A DNA stretch of 64,000 bases, taken from assembly GCA_964607485.1 (NCBI GenBank), contig CAZSKP010000024.1:1-64000 (forward strand), in the 5' to 3' direction. This document shows positions 29,823 through 40,059 of this stretch, one piece after another; within the stretch, counting starts at the first letter, position 1, and every line of letters starts with the position of its first letter. The DNA is from an uncultured bacterium. GTDB taxonomy: Bacteria > Abyssobacteria > SURF-5. The translations under genes were made by a program, and so were the position numbers. The notes below the pieces were generated by a model. The model was not told the origin of the DNA, did not search any database, and was given only the letters and a program-made list of their open reading frames with translations.

Positions 29823-32231
29823 GTGAGACGACCTCTCGTATGGATTACGGCTGCCCTCATCGGCGGGGCAGCGTTTTCCTCCGCATTCAAGCCACCTTTC
29901 ACTTATTTTCTTGCCGCATTTCTAGCCGCGTGGCTTCTCACCATCCTGTTCACAATCTTTAGGAAACGAGCCCCCGCCGCGACGTTTGCAGTGGCCGCAT
30001 TCTTCCTTCTCGGCGCCTCCGCCTACCTCCTGAAAGCATACGTGGCGGAGACTCCTGACGAACTGGCCGCGCATCGTGCCTGCCGTGCGCCGGGGCCAAC
30101 AACGTTGTTTGGAGTTGTCACCGAATGCCCTCCCGCAACTGAAGGCTCGCGCCTCACCTTCATCGTCGATGTCGATGGCGTCGAGACTCAAGGTGAGCGG
30201 TCTTCCGTGAGCGGGCGCACCCGGGTCAACTGGTATCGACCATCCGGCTGCATCGAACCGGGCGATGTCGTGGAGGTGACGGGCAGGCTGAAGCCTCTCA
30301 CGGGATTCAAGAACCCGCACACCTTCGACTATGAACGATACATGCACCGCCGCGGAATATTCACGAGGATGCAAGCACGGGGGCCTGAATCGGTCATCGT
30401 GCGGAGCAAGGGCGGCCTCGGGTGGCCGGCGCGCTTGAGGGAATTCTTCCGCCGGAGAGGCCTCGAGATAATCTCGAGTTCCACCCGAACGGATGAGACT
30501 CGCGCTTTCCTTTCGGCCATTCTGCTGGGCGAACGCGGCCTCCTGACGAGGGAGATGAAAGACTGGTTCAAACGGACGGGCACGTTTCACGTCCTTGCGA
30601 TATCGGGGTTGCACGTCGGGCTTGTTTACCTCATCGCATCTCTCGCGCTCACGCCGCTCTCGCTGGGCGCGAGGACGCGCGTCGCACTGGCGATTCTGGT
30701 CGTGTGGCTGTATGCGTTCGCAACCGGTGGAAGGGTGCCGGTGACGAGGGCCTCGATAATGCTCACGCTGGTGCTGGCCGAATACTACCTGAGCCGCGAA
30801 GGCGACTTCCTGACGGCGGTCGCGTTCGCTGCGCTTGTGATTGTCGGCCTGAATCCGTTGGTGATAGATGAGGCGAGCTTTCAGCTTTCATTCACTGCCG
30901 TGTTGCTTCTGTGCACGTTCGAGCCGCTTTTCAGCGACAGAATCTATCCGGCGGTGCGGCAGAGGCTTCAACGAATTCCTTCTCCGATTCTGCATAAGCT
31001 TGCCCTAACGCTCTTCGCCTCGTTCGTACTTGGTATCGGGATGCTCCCCCTGGTCGCCTATCACTTCAATCTGGTCTCGCTCGTGTTTCCCATTGCCAAT
31101 CTCGTCGTCGTTCCCATTCTGTCGCTTGTGCTGGCATCGGGGTTTGCCTGCCTGCTCGTGGGCTTCCTCTGGATCAAGGCGGCGGCTGTGTTTGGGCTCG
31201 CAGCCGAGGCGTTCGCCTGGACAATCTTCGCAACCGTGAAACTCTGCTCTCTGCTACCCGCAAGCTCGATGCGCGTCGGCTCGCCGCCCGTGTGGACATT
31301 CGGACTGGGGGCGGTGGGAATAACGCTCGTGTGGTGGAGAGGCCGGCTGAGCCGCAAGCTCACGATCTTTGCGGCCGTGGCCGGCGTCTTGGTCGCGACG
31401 GCGTTCGCCGGAAACCGTCTCTCCGGGAATGTCCTCCGCGCGACGTTTCTCGACGTAGGCGACGCCGACTCCTGTCTCATAGAGTTCCCCGGCGGCGAGA
31501 CGATGCTCGTTGACACGGGCTTTGCGGCGCCCTCGTTCGACTGCGGCGAACAGGTCGTCGCGCCTTTTCTCTGGAGGCAGGGGATAACGAAGATAGGCGC
31601 ACTCGTGCTCACCCATCCCGACAGCGACCACATCGGAGGTGCTCTCTTTCTCGCGAAGAATTTCAAAATCGACCGGCTGTTTGTCGCCGACCTTGCGGAG
31701 ACGCCGCCCGAGTACTCGGAAATTCTGCGCGTTGCGGATGAAAGAGGATTTCGCGTGGAAGCCGTAGGCGCGGGCGATGTCATCCCGGGCATTGAGAACG
31801 TTCGCGTTGAGGTGCTCAATCCACCGCGTGAGGTCTCCCGCAGCATCTTTTCGGATAATGAAACCTCCGTTGTCCTGCGAGTCACGTACGGCGAGACAAG
31901 CCTCCTGCTCACCGGCGATGCGGAGAAGAGGGCGCTCCGGCTGCTGACCGACCTCGGCGAAAAAATCGGCAGCCGGATCCTGAAGGCGCCCCATCATGGC
32001 TTGGCGAACAGTTTCAGCAAGAGATTCGTCAAGACGGTCGGGCCGGAGATGGTAGTGATCTCGGGCAGGCCATATCGGATCCATGAAAGCATCGAGGACC
32101 GAACCGCCCGGTATGCCCCTCTGTGCGGACGTGTGTTGTCCACGCAGGACTCCGGCGGGATCACCATCGAAAGCGACGGGCGCTCCCTCAAAACGGTGAC
32201 GACTCGAAAGCAGCCCGCGGAGCTTTTCTGA
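29823..32231 (+). CDS. comEC: DNA uptake competence protein ComEC/Rec2
   Basis: NPHTFDY, HVLAISGLHVG, SFQLSF, MBL domain THPDSDHIGG and KAPHHG. Confidence 0.92.
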   Translation: MRRPLVWITAALIGGAAFSSAFKPPFTYFLAAFLAAWLLTILFTIFRKRAPAATFAVAAFFLLGASAYLLKAYVAETPDELAAHRACRAPGPTTLFGVVTECPPATEGSRLTFIVDVDGVETQGERSSVSGRTRVNWYRPSGCIEPGDVVEVTGRLKPLTGFKNPHTFDYERYMHRRGIFTRMQARGPESVIVRSKGGLGWPARLREFFRRRGLEIISSSTRTDETRAFLSAILLGERGLLTREMKDWFKRTGTFHVLAISGLHVGLVYLIASLALTPLSLGARTRVALAILVVWLYAFATGGRVPVTRASIMLTLVLAEYYLSREGDFLTAVAFAALVIVGLNPLVIDEASFQLSFTAVLLLCTFEPLFSDRIYPAVRQRLQRIPSPILHKLALTLFASFVLGIGMLPLVAYHFNLVSLVFPIANLVVVPILSLVLASGFACLLVGFLWIKAAAVFGLAAEAFAWTIFATVKLCSLLPASSMRVGSPPVWTFGLGAVGITLVWWRGRLSRKLTIFAAVAGVLVATAFAGNRLSGNVLRATFLDVGDADSCLIEFPGGETMLVDTGFAAPSFDCGEQVVAPFLWRQGITKIGALVLTHPDSDHIGGALFLAKNFKIDRLFVADLAETPPEYSEILRVADERGFRVEAVGAGDVIPGIENVRVEVLNPPREVSRSIFSDNETSVVLRVTYGETSLLLTGDAEKRALRLLTDLGEKIGSRILKAPHHGLANSFSKRFVKTVGPEMVVISGRPYRIHESIEDRTARYAPLCGRVLSTQDSGGITIESDGRSLKTVTTRKQPAELF

Positions 32232-32326
32232 CTCGCGCGCATTCGGGAGTGCCGATGTCGCGGCCTGCCTCAACAGGCTGGAGCACAGCTCGGCACGGGC
32301 GAACATTGCGCTCACTCGAAAATAGT

Positions 32327-32355
32327 TTGCAAAGCCGCCAACCTGTTGATATAAT
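32327..32355 (+). promoter_or_regulatory. sigma-70 promoter upstream of sppA-sigma-apt
   Basis: TTGCAA-17bp-TATAAT with extended TG. Confidence 0.6.
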
Positions 32356-32463
32356 GTGTTTGCATTAGCGGGTGCGATGACGCTGCGGAGGCAGCGACAT
32401 CTTCGTTGTGGCAATGCCGCCGACATTTCTCGATACGGAAGAGCAAACCAGCGGGAGACACCC

Positions 32464-33351
32464 ATGAAGCAGGGATGCCGAACAAGTCTGCTTATTGTTC
32501 TCCTTGTCGGCCTGGTCTTCGCGATGGGCGTGATGGCGATCCTTCTTTTCATGACCCAAGGCCGGAGCCAGGCGTGGGTGTTCCCCACGCGCGAGAGCGT
32601 CGCGGTCATCGAGGTCGAGGGAGCCATCTTCAATGTCGATGATCAACTGAAGCAGTTGAAGTCGTATGTGGACAATTCATCCGTCAAGGCGATCGTCGTG
32701 CACATGAACAGCCCCGGCGGCTCGGTGGCGCCCTCTCAGGAGATGTTTGAGGAACTGAAGAAGGCGAAGGAAGAAGGGAAAAAAATCGTAGTTTCCATGT
32801 CCTCGGTCGCGGCGTCGGGCGCATACTATATCGCCTGCGCGGCCGACGAGATATATGCGAATCCCGGCACGATAACCGGCAGCATCGGTGTGATTGCCGA
32901 ATTCCCGAACATAGAGGGTTTGATGGGCAAGATAGGGATAAGGTTCGAAACCATAAAGACCGGCCAGTTCAAGGATACCGGCTCTGCCTTCAGGCCCATG
33001 ACACCCGAAGAACAGCAACTCCTTCAGGAAATGCTCATGGATGTGTATGAGCAATTCGTCGAGTCTGTGGCCGAAAGCCGAAACATGCCGATTGATGAGG
33101 TCAGGAAATATGCCGACGGCCGCGTGTTCAGCGGACGCCAGGCTCTGGAATATGGGTTTGTAGACGCACTGGGCACCGAGAGCGACGCCATCAAGCGCGC
33201 GGCGGAGTTGGCCGGTATCAGGGGTGAACCCCACGTGATTAGGAAATCCAAGAGGCGCTTCCCCTTCGGCGAATACGCGGAGAACATTCTGCGCCAATGG
33301 TTGCCGGCAACCCAGCAGAGCTACACCCCAGTGCTGTATCTACTTCGTTGA
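32464..33351 (+). CDS. sppA: signal peptide peptidase SppA (36K type)
   Basis: NSPGGSV, AASGAYYIA, TGSIGVI and DGRVFSGRQA. Confidence 0.92.
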   Translation: MKQGCRTSLLIVLLVGLVFAMGVMAILLFMTQGRSQAWVFPTRESVAVIEVEGAIFNVDDQLKQLKSYVDNSSVKAIVVHMNSPGGSVAPSQEMFEELKKAKEEGKKIVVSMSSVAASGAYYIACAADEIYANPGTITGSIGVIAEFPNIEGLMGKIGIRFETIKTGQFKDTGSAFRPMTPEEQQLLQEMLMDVYEQFVESVAESRNMPIDEVRKYADGRVFSGRQALEYGFVDALGTESDAIKRAAELAGIRGEPHVIRKSKRRFPFGEYAENILRQWLPATQQSYTPVLYLLR

Positions 33352-33364
33352 TGTGGATGCTTCT

Positions 33365-34261
<897 letters not shown>

Positions 34262-34277
34262 CACCCCGGGAGGAACG

Positions 34278-34796
34278 ATGGACGAGAAATTGAAAAAGAC
34301 GATACGCAGCATCCCCGACTTTCCGAAAAAAGGTATCCTGTTCAGGGACATCACCACACTGCTGAAGGATAAGGCCGCCTTCGCGAATGCCGTCGACTCG
34401 CTCGTATCCAGGCATAAAGGCAAGGGCATCGCCAAGGTGGTGGGAATGGAATCACGAGGGTTCATACTCGGAACCCCGATGGCCTATCTCCTGGGGGCGG
34501 GCTTCATTCCGGTACGCAAGAGGGGTAAGCTGCCCGCCGACACTTACAGCGCCACTTACGAGCTCGAATACGGAATCGACCATCTCGAAATTCACAAGGA
34601 CGCCATCGAGCCGGGCGAGAACGTGCTTATCGTCGACGACCTCCTCGCCACGGGCGGAACCGCCGCCGCAACAATCGAGCTCGTGAAGAACTTCGACGCG
34701 AAGATTGTGGGAATAGATTTCCTGATAGAACTCACTGAGCTCGACGGACGCGAGAAACTGAAGGGCTACGACGTCTTTTCTTTGATACAGTTTTGA
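34278..34796 (+). CDS. apt: adenine phosphoribosyltransferase
   Basis: IPDFPKKGILFRDITTLL, ESRGF and VDDLLATGGT. Confidence 0.96.
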   Translation: MDEKLKKTIRSIPDFPKKGILFRDITTLLKDKAAFANAVDSLVSRHKGKGIAKVVGMESRGFILGTPMAYLLGAGFIPVRKRGKLPADTYSATYELEYGIDHLEIHKDAIEPGENVLIVDDLLATGGTAAATIELVKNFDAKIVGIDFLIELTELDGREKLKGYDVFSLIQF

Positions 34797-34869
34797 GATA
34801 TAATGGAAAATCCGGGCAAGGTGCGGAATACGCACACCCGTGAGTCACACGCATCAACTCAGCAAGAAT

Positions 34870-34943
34870 GCGCCCGTAGCTCAGGCGGATAGAGCAGCGG
34901 TTTCCTAAACCGCGGGTCGGGAGTTCGAGTCTCCCCGGGCGCT
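34870..34943 (+). tRNA. tRNA-Arg(CCT), integration target
   Basis: Acceptor stem GCGCCCG/CGGGCGC, anticodon arm GCGGT-TT-CCT-AA-ACCGC and T-arm GGGAG-TTCGAGT-CTCCC. Confidence 0.95.
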
Positions 34944-34946
34944 CTC
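34899..34946 (+). repeat. attL, 48-bp direct repeat (3' half of tRNA-Arg)
   Basis: GGTTTCCTAAACCGCGGGTCGGGAGTTCGAGTCTCCCCGGGCGCTCTC, identical at 43733-43780. Confidence 0.95.
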
Positions 34947-34960
34947 ATTTTTTGCCCGTT

Positions 34961-36136
34961 TTATGGGCTTTGTTGAGCGCGCCGGAGTTCCTTCTTGAAG
35001 GGCAAAATGTTGGGTAGGGCAGTTGCTATGGCAGTTGTCGGCATGGCGTCCAGATATTCCGCCTGTCTTTCCGCAGCCTCTCTCAGGTCCGCCTCCGAGA
35101 CGATGTTGTAGCGGTCAAAGATCGACCGGGTCTTGTGGCCGGAAACCTGCATGGCCACGCGCTCCGGGATTCCCGCCCTGACCATGTTCCTGATAGCGGT
35201 CCGCCTGAAGTCGTGAAACAGCCGGTCGCCGACTCCCGCCTTCCTACAGGCCGTTCTCCAGGTTTTCCCGAACTGTTTTATGCGGTCGGTTCCGCGCTCG
35301 TTCTGAAAGACGAAAGCCCTCGGGTCGCCCTTACCGCGCCCGCACTCTCCCAAGAACAAATCTCTCAGAAGGTCGTAAAGCTCGTGGTCCAGCGCAAGCG
35401 TCCGGCCTTCGTCGTTTTTGCTCTTGCCCGGGCTCAGCGTAACCGTCCGTTGAATCAAATCAACGTGGTCCCAGGTGAGCGATGCGATCTCTTCCCGGCG
35501 CCAACCTGTGCGATAGGCGAACGTGACAAGTCCCCGTAGATATTCCGGGAGGGCGTTCCTGAGCGCCAGGAACTCATGATGCTCAAAGAACCCCGTCCGT
35601 GGGCTGCTCTCTCGAAGCATCGGAAAATGCGGGAGCCGGTCCACCTTCGGCGGCGTGCAGTTCCTGCCCAAGTTGAGCATTCTCTTGAGTGCGGCGAGCT
35701 CGCGGTTGATTGTGCTGTCCTTCACCTTCCTCTCGCCGTTCTTATCTCCCTGTTCGTGCCGTTCGCTCTGGCGAGCCTCGATGTAGGCCTTCAGGCGCAT
35801 CGTGTCGATTTTGCAGGCCCGGACCCCTTTGAAATGTCTCTTGAGGTTGGCCACGTGTTGACGGGCCCGCCGCGAGCTCTTCTTGTTCTTCATGTCTGCG
35901 AGGTAGAGCTCCGCGAGCTCCTCGAATGTCGTCTTGTCGAAGTAGTAGCCCGGGAGCCTGCCCTGAGCCACTTCCGCCTTGCGCTGAGTGAGAAGCTTCT
36001 GAGCGTCCGTCTTTCTCGTGCTCTTTGAGTTTTCCCGGATGCGCCGCCCCTCTGAGAAATAGACAATCCACCACGTCTGGCCTTCTCGATATTCGCCGGT
36101 TTTCCTGTCACGGTACTTCGGTTTGTACACTCCCAT
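34961..36136 (-). CDS. int: tyrosine recombinase / phage integrase
   Basis: Catalytic TGWRREE, K (SKNDEGR), FHDFRRT, GHKT...DRY; N-terminal arm-binding domain. Confidence 0.95.
   Translation of the reverse strand: MGVYKPKYRDRKTGEYREGQTWWIVYFSEGRRIRENSKSTRKTDAQKLLTQRKAEVAQGRLPGYYFDKTTFEELAELYLADMKNKKSSRRARQHVANLKRHFKGVRACKIDTMRLKAYIEARQSERHEQGDKNGERKVKDSTINRELAALKRMLNLGRNCTPPKVDRLPHFPMLRESSPRTGFFEHHEFLALRNALPEYLRGLVTFAYRTGWRREEIASLTWDHVDLIQRTVTLSPGKSKNDEGRTLALDHELYDLLRDLFLGECGRGKGDPRAFVFQNERGTDRIKQFGKTWRTACRKAGVGDRLFHDFRRTAIRNMVRAGIPERVAMQVSGHKTRSIFDRYNIVSEADLREAAERQAEYLDAMPTTAIATALPNILPFKKELRRAQQSP
35013..35036. repeat. putative integrase arm-type sites (tandem 12-mers) inside the 3' end of int
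   Basis: GGTAGGGCAGTT GCTATGGCAGTT; matching pair at 43590-43613. Confidence 0.6.
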
Positions 36137-36434
36137 GCTTTGATTTCCCCTCGCCGATTAACAGCGCCAACTCACCGGGCCTTCTTCGCCCGCTCGAGCG
36201 CAGGGCGACAAATCTCAGGATGTTGTCGAGCTCGTAGATAAACTTTTTGGAACTCAACCGCGAAGGTCTGAGGATATCGTTGATATCCGGGTCCGAGCGC
36301 CATTGCCGGAGCGTTTCTGTCGATACCCGAAGTAATGCGGCCGCCTCGCCCTGGTCCAAGAACCGTGGCAGCTCCTTCAGTTCCCTCTTGCTTGGCTTTC
36401 CTACGGCTCTCATTCCTTTCCTCGGAGTCCTCAT
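36108..36434 (-). CDS. excisionase-like winged-HTH protein
   Basis: FLDQGEAAALLRVSTETLRQWR (MerR/HTH_17-like); overlaps the int start. Confidence 0.7.
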   Translation of the reverse strand: MRTPRKGMRAVGKPSKRELKELPRFLDQGEAAALLRVSTETLRQWRSDPDINDILRPSRLSSKKFIYELDNILRFVALRSSGRRRPGELALLIGEGKSKHGSVQTEVP

Positions 36435-36446
36435 TCCATCACCCCC

Positions 36447-36749
36447 TCAGCACCAAAAGGGAAACTGCTCGCGAAATTTCTCCAGGTTGATCGGCCGGCC
36501 GGCGATGGTATCCGCGATCGCGCAGACACGGTAAAGGATTATCGCCGGAAAGTGCTCCCGGTCAAAAGCGAGTTTATACTCTGCTCTCTTTCCCCGTCCG
36601 ACCCGAAACAGTCCTTGTTGTTTCGGGTCCCATACGAGGTCCCCGGGCTTCACTTCCGCCGCCCTGTCCAGAATCAGTGCTGGCTGATTGTTGCCGTCCC
36701 CACTGACGTAGACGTAATCCAGCCGTCCGTCTCGTTGTTTCTTTTTCAT
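36447..36749 (-). CDS. hypothetical protein (first gene after the structured leader)
   Basis: 100-aa ORF with GGAGGG SD region, co-oriented with xis-int. Confidence 0.6.
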   Translation of the reverse strand: MKKKQRDGRLDYVYVSGDGNNQPALILDRAAEVKPGDLVWDPKQQGLFRVGRGKRAEYKLAFDREHFPAIILYRVCAIADTIAGRPINLEKFREQFPFWC

Positions 36750-36765
36750 CTCTCATCCCTCCATG

Positions 36766-36908
36766 AAAAAAGCCCGTTCGGGCGGGGATGGTGAGTCACG
36801 ATGTCGCGAGCGGCATACGTGAAACGCCCCGACAGAACGGGCAAAGGTTTCTGTTGGCCAAAAACAGAAAAGGCCGCGTCGCTTTCATCATCGTGACTCA
36901 CCGGGGAT
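36766..36908 (-). ncRNA. structured leader RNA resembling C4/CI-type antisense attenuators
   Basis: 14-bp perfect complementarity 36790-36803/36889-36902, 8-bp stem 36772-36779/36835-36842, and terminator GCCC-GAAC-GGGC-U6. Confidence 0.55.
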
Positions 36909-36938
36909 AGTGTAGCAGCCGGCGGGCAGCCCTGTCAA
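36909..36938 (-). promoter_or_regulatory. sigma-70 promoter for the leader-ORF-xis-int transcript
   Basis: TTGACA-18bp-TACACT on the minus strand. Confidence 0.6.
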
Positions 36939-37065
36939 GGGAAAAATGCAGCCGGACTCTAAAAATCCTTGTAGCATCCCAAGAAGCTCCAGGACGCCCT
37001 GAGAGAGGCAAAGGCGGTGTGAGCGGTATCATAGAGGTTCAGCTCCGGGTTCTCACAGGGAAGCC

Positions 37066-37449
37066 TCAGCCAGCGTGGTTGTCCGTTGGATTTGGAGGTC
37101 TCTCCAGGTCCTGCTCCGCCCGGTCAACATAGTCGGCGCACATGTCGCAGATTTTCCCGCCCATTATCCAAGCCGCCCCGGACGGCTTCTTCCCGAAGAC
37201 CTCCAGCACCGTTTCGGTAATCAGGTTCCAAAGGTCAGCTATCCCGGCGATGACTCTGCTTTGCGCCTTCTCTGCGGAATGCGCTTTCTTGGCGTACGTC
37301 TCGAGCTCGGAGAAATACCAATCCATGAGCGCTTCCACTTCTCCCCGGAGCTCCGCCTTTTCCTCTTTTGAGAGAGGATATCGAGGGAGATAGTCTCTTG
37401 CCAGCTCCTCCAGGGTGCGGCGAAACTTTTTCTTCGCTTTTCTGTTCAT
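37066..37449 (-). CDS. hypothetical helical protein coupled to the tape-measure gene
   Basis: ATG overlaps the TMP stop (ATGA); 127 aa starting MNRKAKKKFRRTLEEL. Confidence 0.6.
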   Translation of the reverse strand: MNRKAKKKFRRTLEELARDYLPRYPLSKEEKAELRGEVEALMDWYFSELETYAKKAHSAEKAQSRVIAGIADLWNLITETVLEVFGKKPSGAAWIMGGKICDMCADYVDRAEQDLERPPNPTDNHAG

Positions 37450-39212
37450 CTCAGGATGCCCCGCCGCCGGCCGCGTTCGATCGCAGGGAGGAACTCGTCG
37501 CGCATGAGCCGCCGCCATGACTGTTGTTGCTCCGGCGCCGTGCCCGGGAAATGGAAATGATTGACCATGCCCCCGCCGCCTGCCGCCGCCACGCTCAACT
37601 GGAGTGGCGAGACGTTCATGCTCGAGATGAACGCGTCGTACTCCCTGCGCATCGCCTTGAGGCCTGTCGTCCAGTTTTCCAGCGGGCTGGGGGACTTTCC
37701 CGTGAGCGGGTTCAGCCAATCGAATGCCTTCGCCGCTCCCGCGATGATTGCCCCGATGGTGCGATTCCACAAGTCTCTGATATAGTCCGTGAAGGACCTC
37801 CACAGGCCTTTCAGCCGCTCCCACGACGAGGAGAGGAAGTCCTTGATCTCGCCCCATCCGTCCATGAACGGCCAGTACACGTAATTCCAGAACCCGAGCT
37901 CTATCTCCGTCCACAGCCTGTCGAGCCCTTCCTTGATGTCCTCCCAGTAGATAATTGTGGTCGCGATGATGGTTCCCCACAGCGCGATCCCCGCCGCGAC
38001 CGCTGCAATGATGCCCGCTGTCGTGACGCCGATCGTTGCGACCACCGCTGCGAGCGTTGACACCACCACCAACGCCGGTCCGATGATGGCGACGATCCCC
38101 ACTATTGCAAGGACTATCGCCTGAACGTTGGGGGAGAGCTCTGTGAACCAGTCCACAACCTTCCCTATGTACTCGATCAACTTCTCCAGGCCCGGTTTCA
38201 TTTTGTCGAACATGTCCAAGAGCTTGTCGCCGAGCGGCTCCAGGGCCGACATGAGCCTGTTCTTCAGCTCCCTCATGCGCCGGGAGAAATTGTCCGTGTC
38301 CTCATAGGTCCGATTGATTGTCTCCTGGCTGTTCTTCAGAGAGTTCAGGAGCTCGTCTATCGCGAACCGCCCCTCGCGGATCGCCGCCGCCATGTCGGGC
38401 CCGGCCCGGGCGCCGAACATCTCCAGCGCTTTCGCGTTCGCCTCCCCGACGGAGCCGGCCCGCTCGATGTCCGTGAGAAGGTCTTTGAATGCCTGCGCCG
38501 GCTCGCCGCCCGCCTGGGCTATTTGCGTGAGCGCCTGGCGGAGGCCTCCGAGCACGAGCTCCGTGTTGACGCCTTCCTTCTCCCACTTTCCCATGAGCGC
38601 CGCCGCTTCCTCGAAGCTGTAGCCGACCTGTCTGAGCGGCGCGCCGTATTGAACGAGCTTGCGCGAGAGGTCCTCGACGGAGATTCCGGTCTGCTGGCTG
38701 ACTTTGTGCAGGTAGTCGAGCGCCCCGGCCTGGTCGTCGGTCGTGATGCTCCAGTCGCCGAACAGCCGTGTGACGGCCGCGATGAGGCTCTTCACGTTGC
38801 CGCCGCCGATCTCCTGCAGCTTGAGAAACTGTGAGGAGAGCTTCTGGAGCGGCTCGCCCGAGAGGCCGAGTCGGGTGTTCAGGTCCGCGATCGCCGTCGC
38901 CACGTCGTCCGTGATAGAGGGGAGCCTCGTGAAGACAGCCTTGAAATCTTCGTCCAACTTCTTCAGCGCCTCGCCCGTGGCGCCTGTGCCGGCGCGTATC
39001 TTGTTCATGGCCTGGTCAAACCTATCCGCGCTCGCGGCGGCCGCCGCGCCGATGCCGAGGATGGGGACGGTTAGCAGCGCCGAGAGCTTCGTGCCGACGT
39101 TCCGAAAATTCTGGCTCATCTTGTTCAGGTCTTTCTCGATTTGCTTCACGGCGCGCTGAAAGCCCGTCGTGTCCGCGCCGATGACGGTTATCAACGATCT
39201 GAGGGTTGCCAT
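37446..39212 (-). CDS. phage tail tape measure protein (TP901-like core), short at 588 aa
   Basis: N-terminal LITVIGADTTGF, core FDQAMNKIRAGTGATGEAL...GYSFEEAAALMGKWEKEG, TM segment, Trp-periodic repeats and SPSP motif. Confidence 0.85.
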   Translation of the reverse strand: MATLRSLITVIGADTTGFQRAVKQIEKDLNKMSQNFRNVGTKLSALLTVPILGIGAAAAASADRFDQAMNKIRAGTGATGEALKKLDEDFKAVFTRLPSITDDVATAIADLNTRLGLSGEPLQKLSSQFLKLQEIGGGNVKSLIAAVTRLFGDWSITTDDQAGALDYLHKVSQQTGISVEDLSRKLVQYGAPLRQVGYSFEEAAALMGKWEKEGVNTELVLGGLRQALTQIAQAGGEPAQAFKDLLTDIERAGSVGEANAKALEMFGARAGPDMAAAIREGRFAIDELLNSLKNSQETINRTYEDTDNFSRRMRELKNRLMSALEPLGDKLLDMFDKMKPGLEKLIEYIGKVVDWFTELSPNVQAIVLAIVGIVAIIGPALVVVSTLAAVVATIGVTTAGIIAAVAAGIALWGTIIATTIIYWEDIKEGLDRLWTEIELGFWNYVYWPFMDGWGEIKDFLSSSWERLKGLWRSFTDYIRDLWNRTIGAIIAGAAKAFDWLNPLTGKSPSPLENWTTGLKAMRREYDAFISSMNVSPLQLSVAAAGGGGMVNHFHFPGTAPEQQQSWRRLMRDEFLPAIERGRRRGILR

Positions 39213-39241
39213 CGCTTTTTTTCCTTAGTTCCCCGCAAGAT

Positions 39242-39301
39242 GCGGCGGCCGGGAAAGGAGGCCCCCTGCCTGATTGAGGGCGAAAACAGCCCGGCCGCCG
39301 C
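39242..39301. repeat. 12-bp perfect inverted repeat between the decoration-like and TMP genes
   Basis: GCGGCGGCCGGG (39242-39253) and CCCGGCCGCCGC (39290-39301). Confidence 0.8.
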
Positions 39302-39334
39302 GCCTGCGGTCAACGGAGGTTGTTGTGGACCCGG

Positions 39335-40036
39335 CTATATCGACGCGCTGGCTCCCACCTTTTGGGTGACGCCTTCCCGAGGATCCCCTCGAAGGAGCAT
39401 CGCCGATACGACCGAATTCGCTGTAGTCGTGACTTTGCACGCGATGTGAGTGAATCCGTTCTCATGGTCCAGGGCGTGGCCGTCGAGCTCGACGTAGGCC
39501 TGGGCCTTCGTGGTCGCGAGTGTGATCGTTCCCGCATTCTCCGTCTTGTCCGTCGTGATGACCGTGGCGCCCGGGTTCGTGCTCACCAACGTCACGAGAG
39601 TTCCGTTGGCCGACGCCGTGACACCCGGAGCGCCGTAGGTGGCGTGATTGACGCAGGTCACGAGCCCGGCCGCGTCGGCGAACTCACGGGCCGTTGCGTC
39701 CGTGGCCGCAGCCTTCGTGAAGTCGATTCCGTTGATGGTGACCACGTCGGTGTTGGCCACAGATGCGAGCTCCACGGTGGCCTCTGTCACCAGCGTATTC
39801 GCTGTCACCGTGGCCGAAGCGCTCGTGATAGCCTTCGCGTCTGTCGCCTCTGCGTCCTTTGCCTGGAGCAGCTCGATCTTCGTTGTCTTCGTCGCGGCCA
39901 TTGCGCCGCCGTTCAAGAGCGCCAACGCTTTGCGGAACGGGCGCATGTCGTAGTAAGGCCCCGTCGCGTTGGTGTTATTCAGGGCCTGTGAGACAAGCCC
40001 GATGTCCATCTTTGCACCTTCGTAGAGTTTCTGCAT
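39335..40036 (-). CDS. virion structural protein, probable capsid decoration/cement protein
   Basis: Directly after the MCP with AGGAGG SD; Thr/Ala-rich beta composition; inserted Ig-like segment DVVTINGIDFT...VTASANGTLVTL. Confidence 0.55.
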   Translation of the reverse strand: MQKLYEGAKMDIGLVSQALNNTNATGPYYDMRPFRKALALLNGGAMAATKTTKIELLQAKDAEATDAKAITSASATVTANTLVTEATVELASVANTDVVTINGIDFTKAAATDATAREFADAAGLVTCVNHATYGAPGVTASANGTLVTLVSTNPGATVITTDKTENAGTITLATTKAQAYVELDGHALDHENGFTHIACKVTTTANSVVSAMLLRGDPREGVTQKVGASASI

Positions 40037-40059
40037 TTTCAGACCTCCTGTCCCGGCAC

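Noticed and set aside
37450-37980. N-terminal 177 aa of the listed 304-aa ORF 37066-37980
   Set aside because: Overlaps the TMP in another frame; the real start is most likely the ATG at 37449 coupled to the TMP stop.
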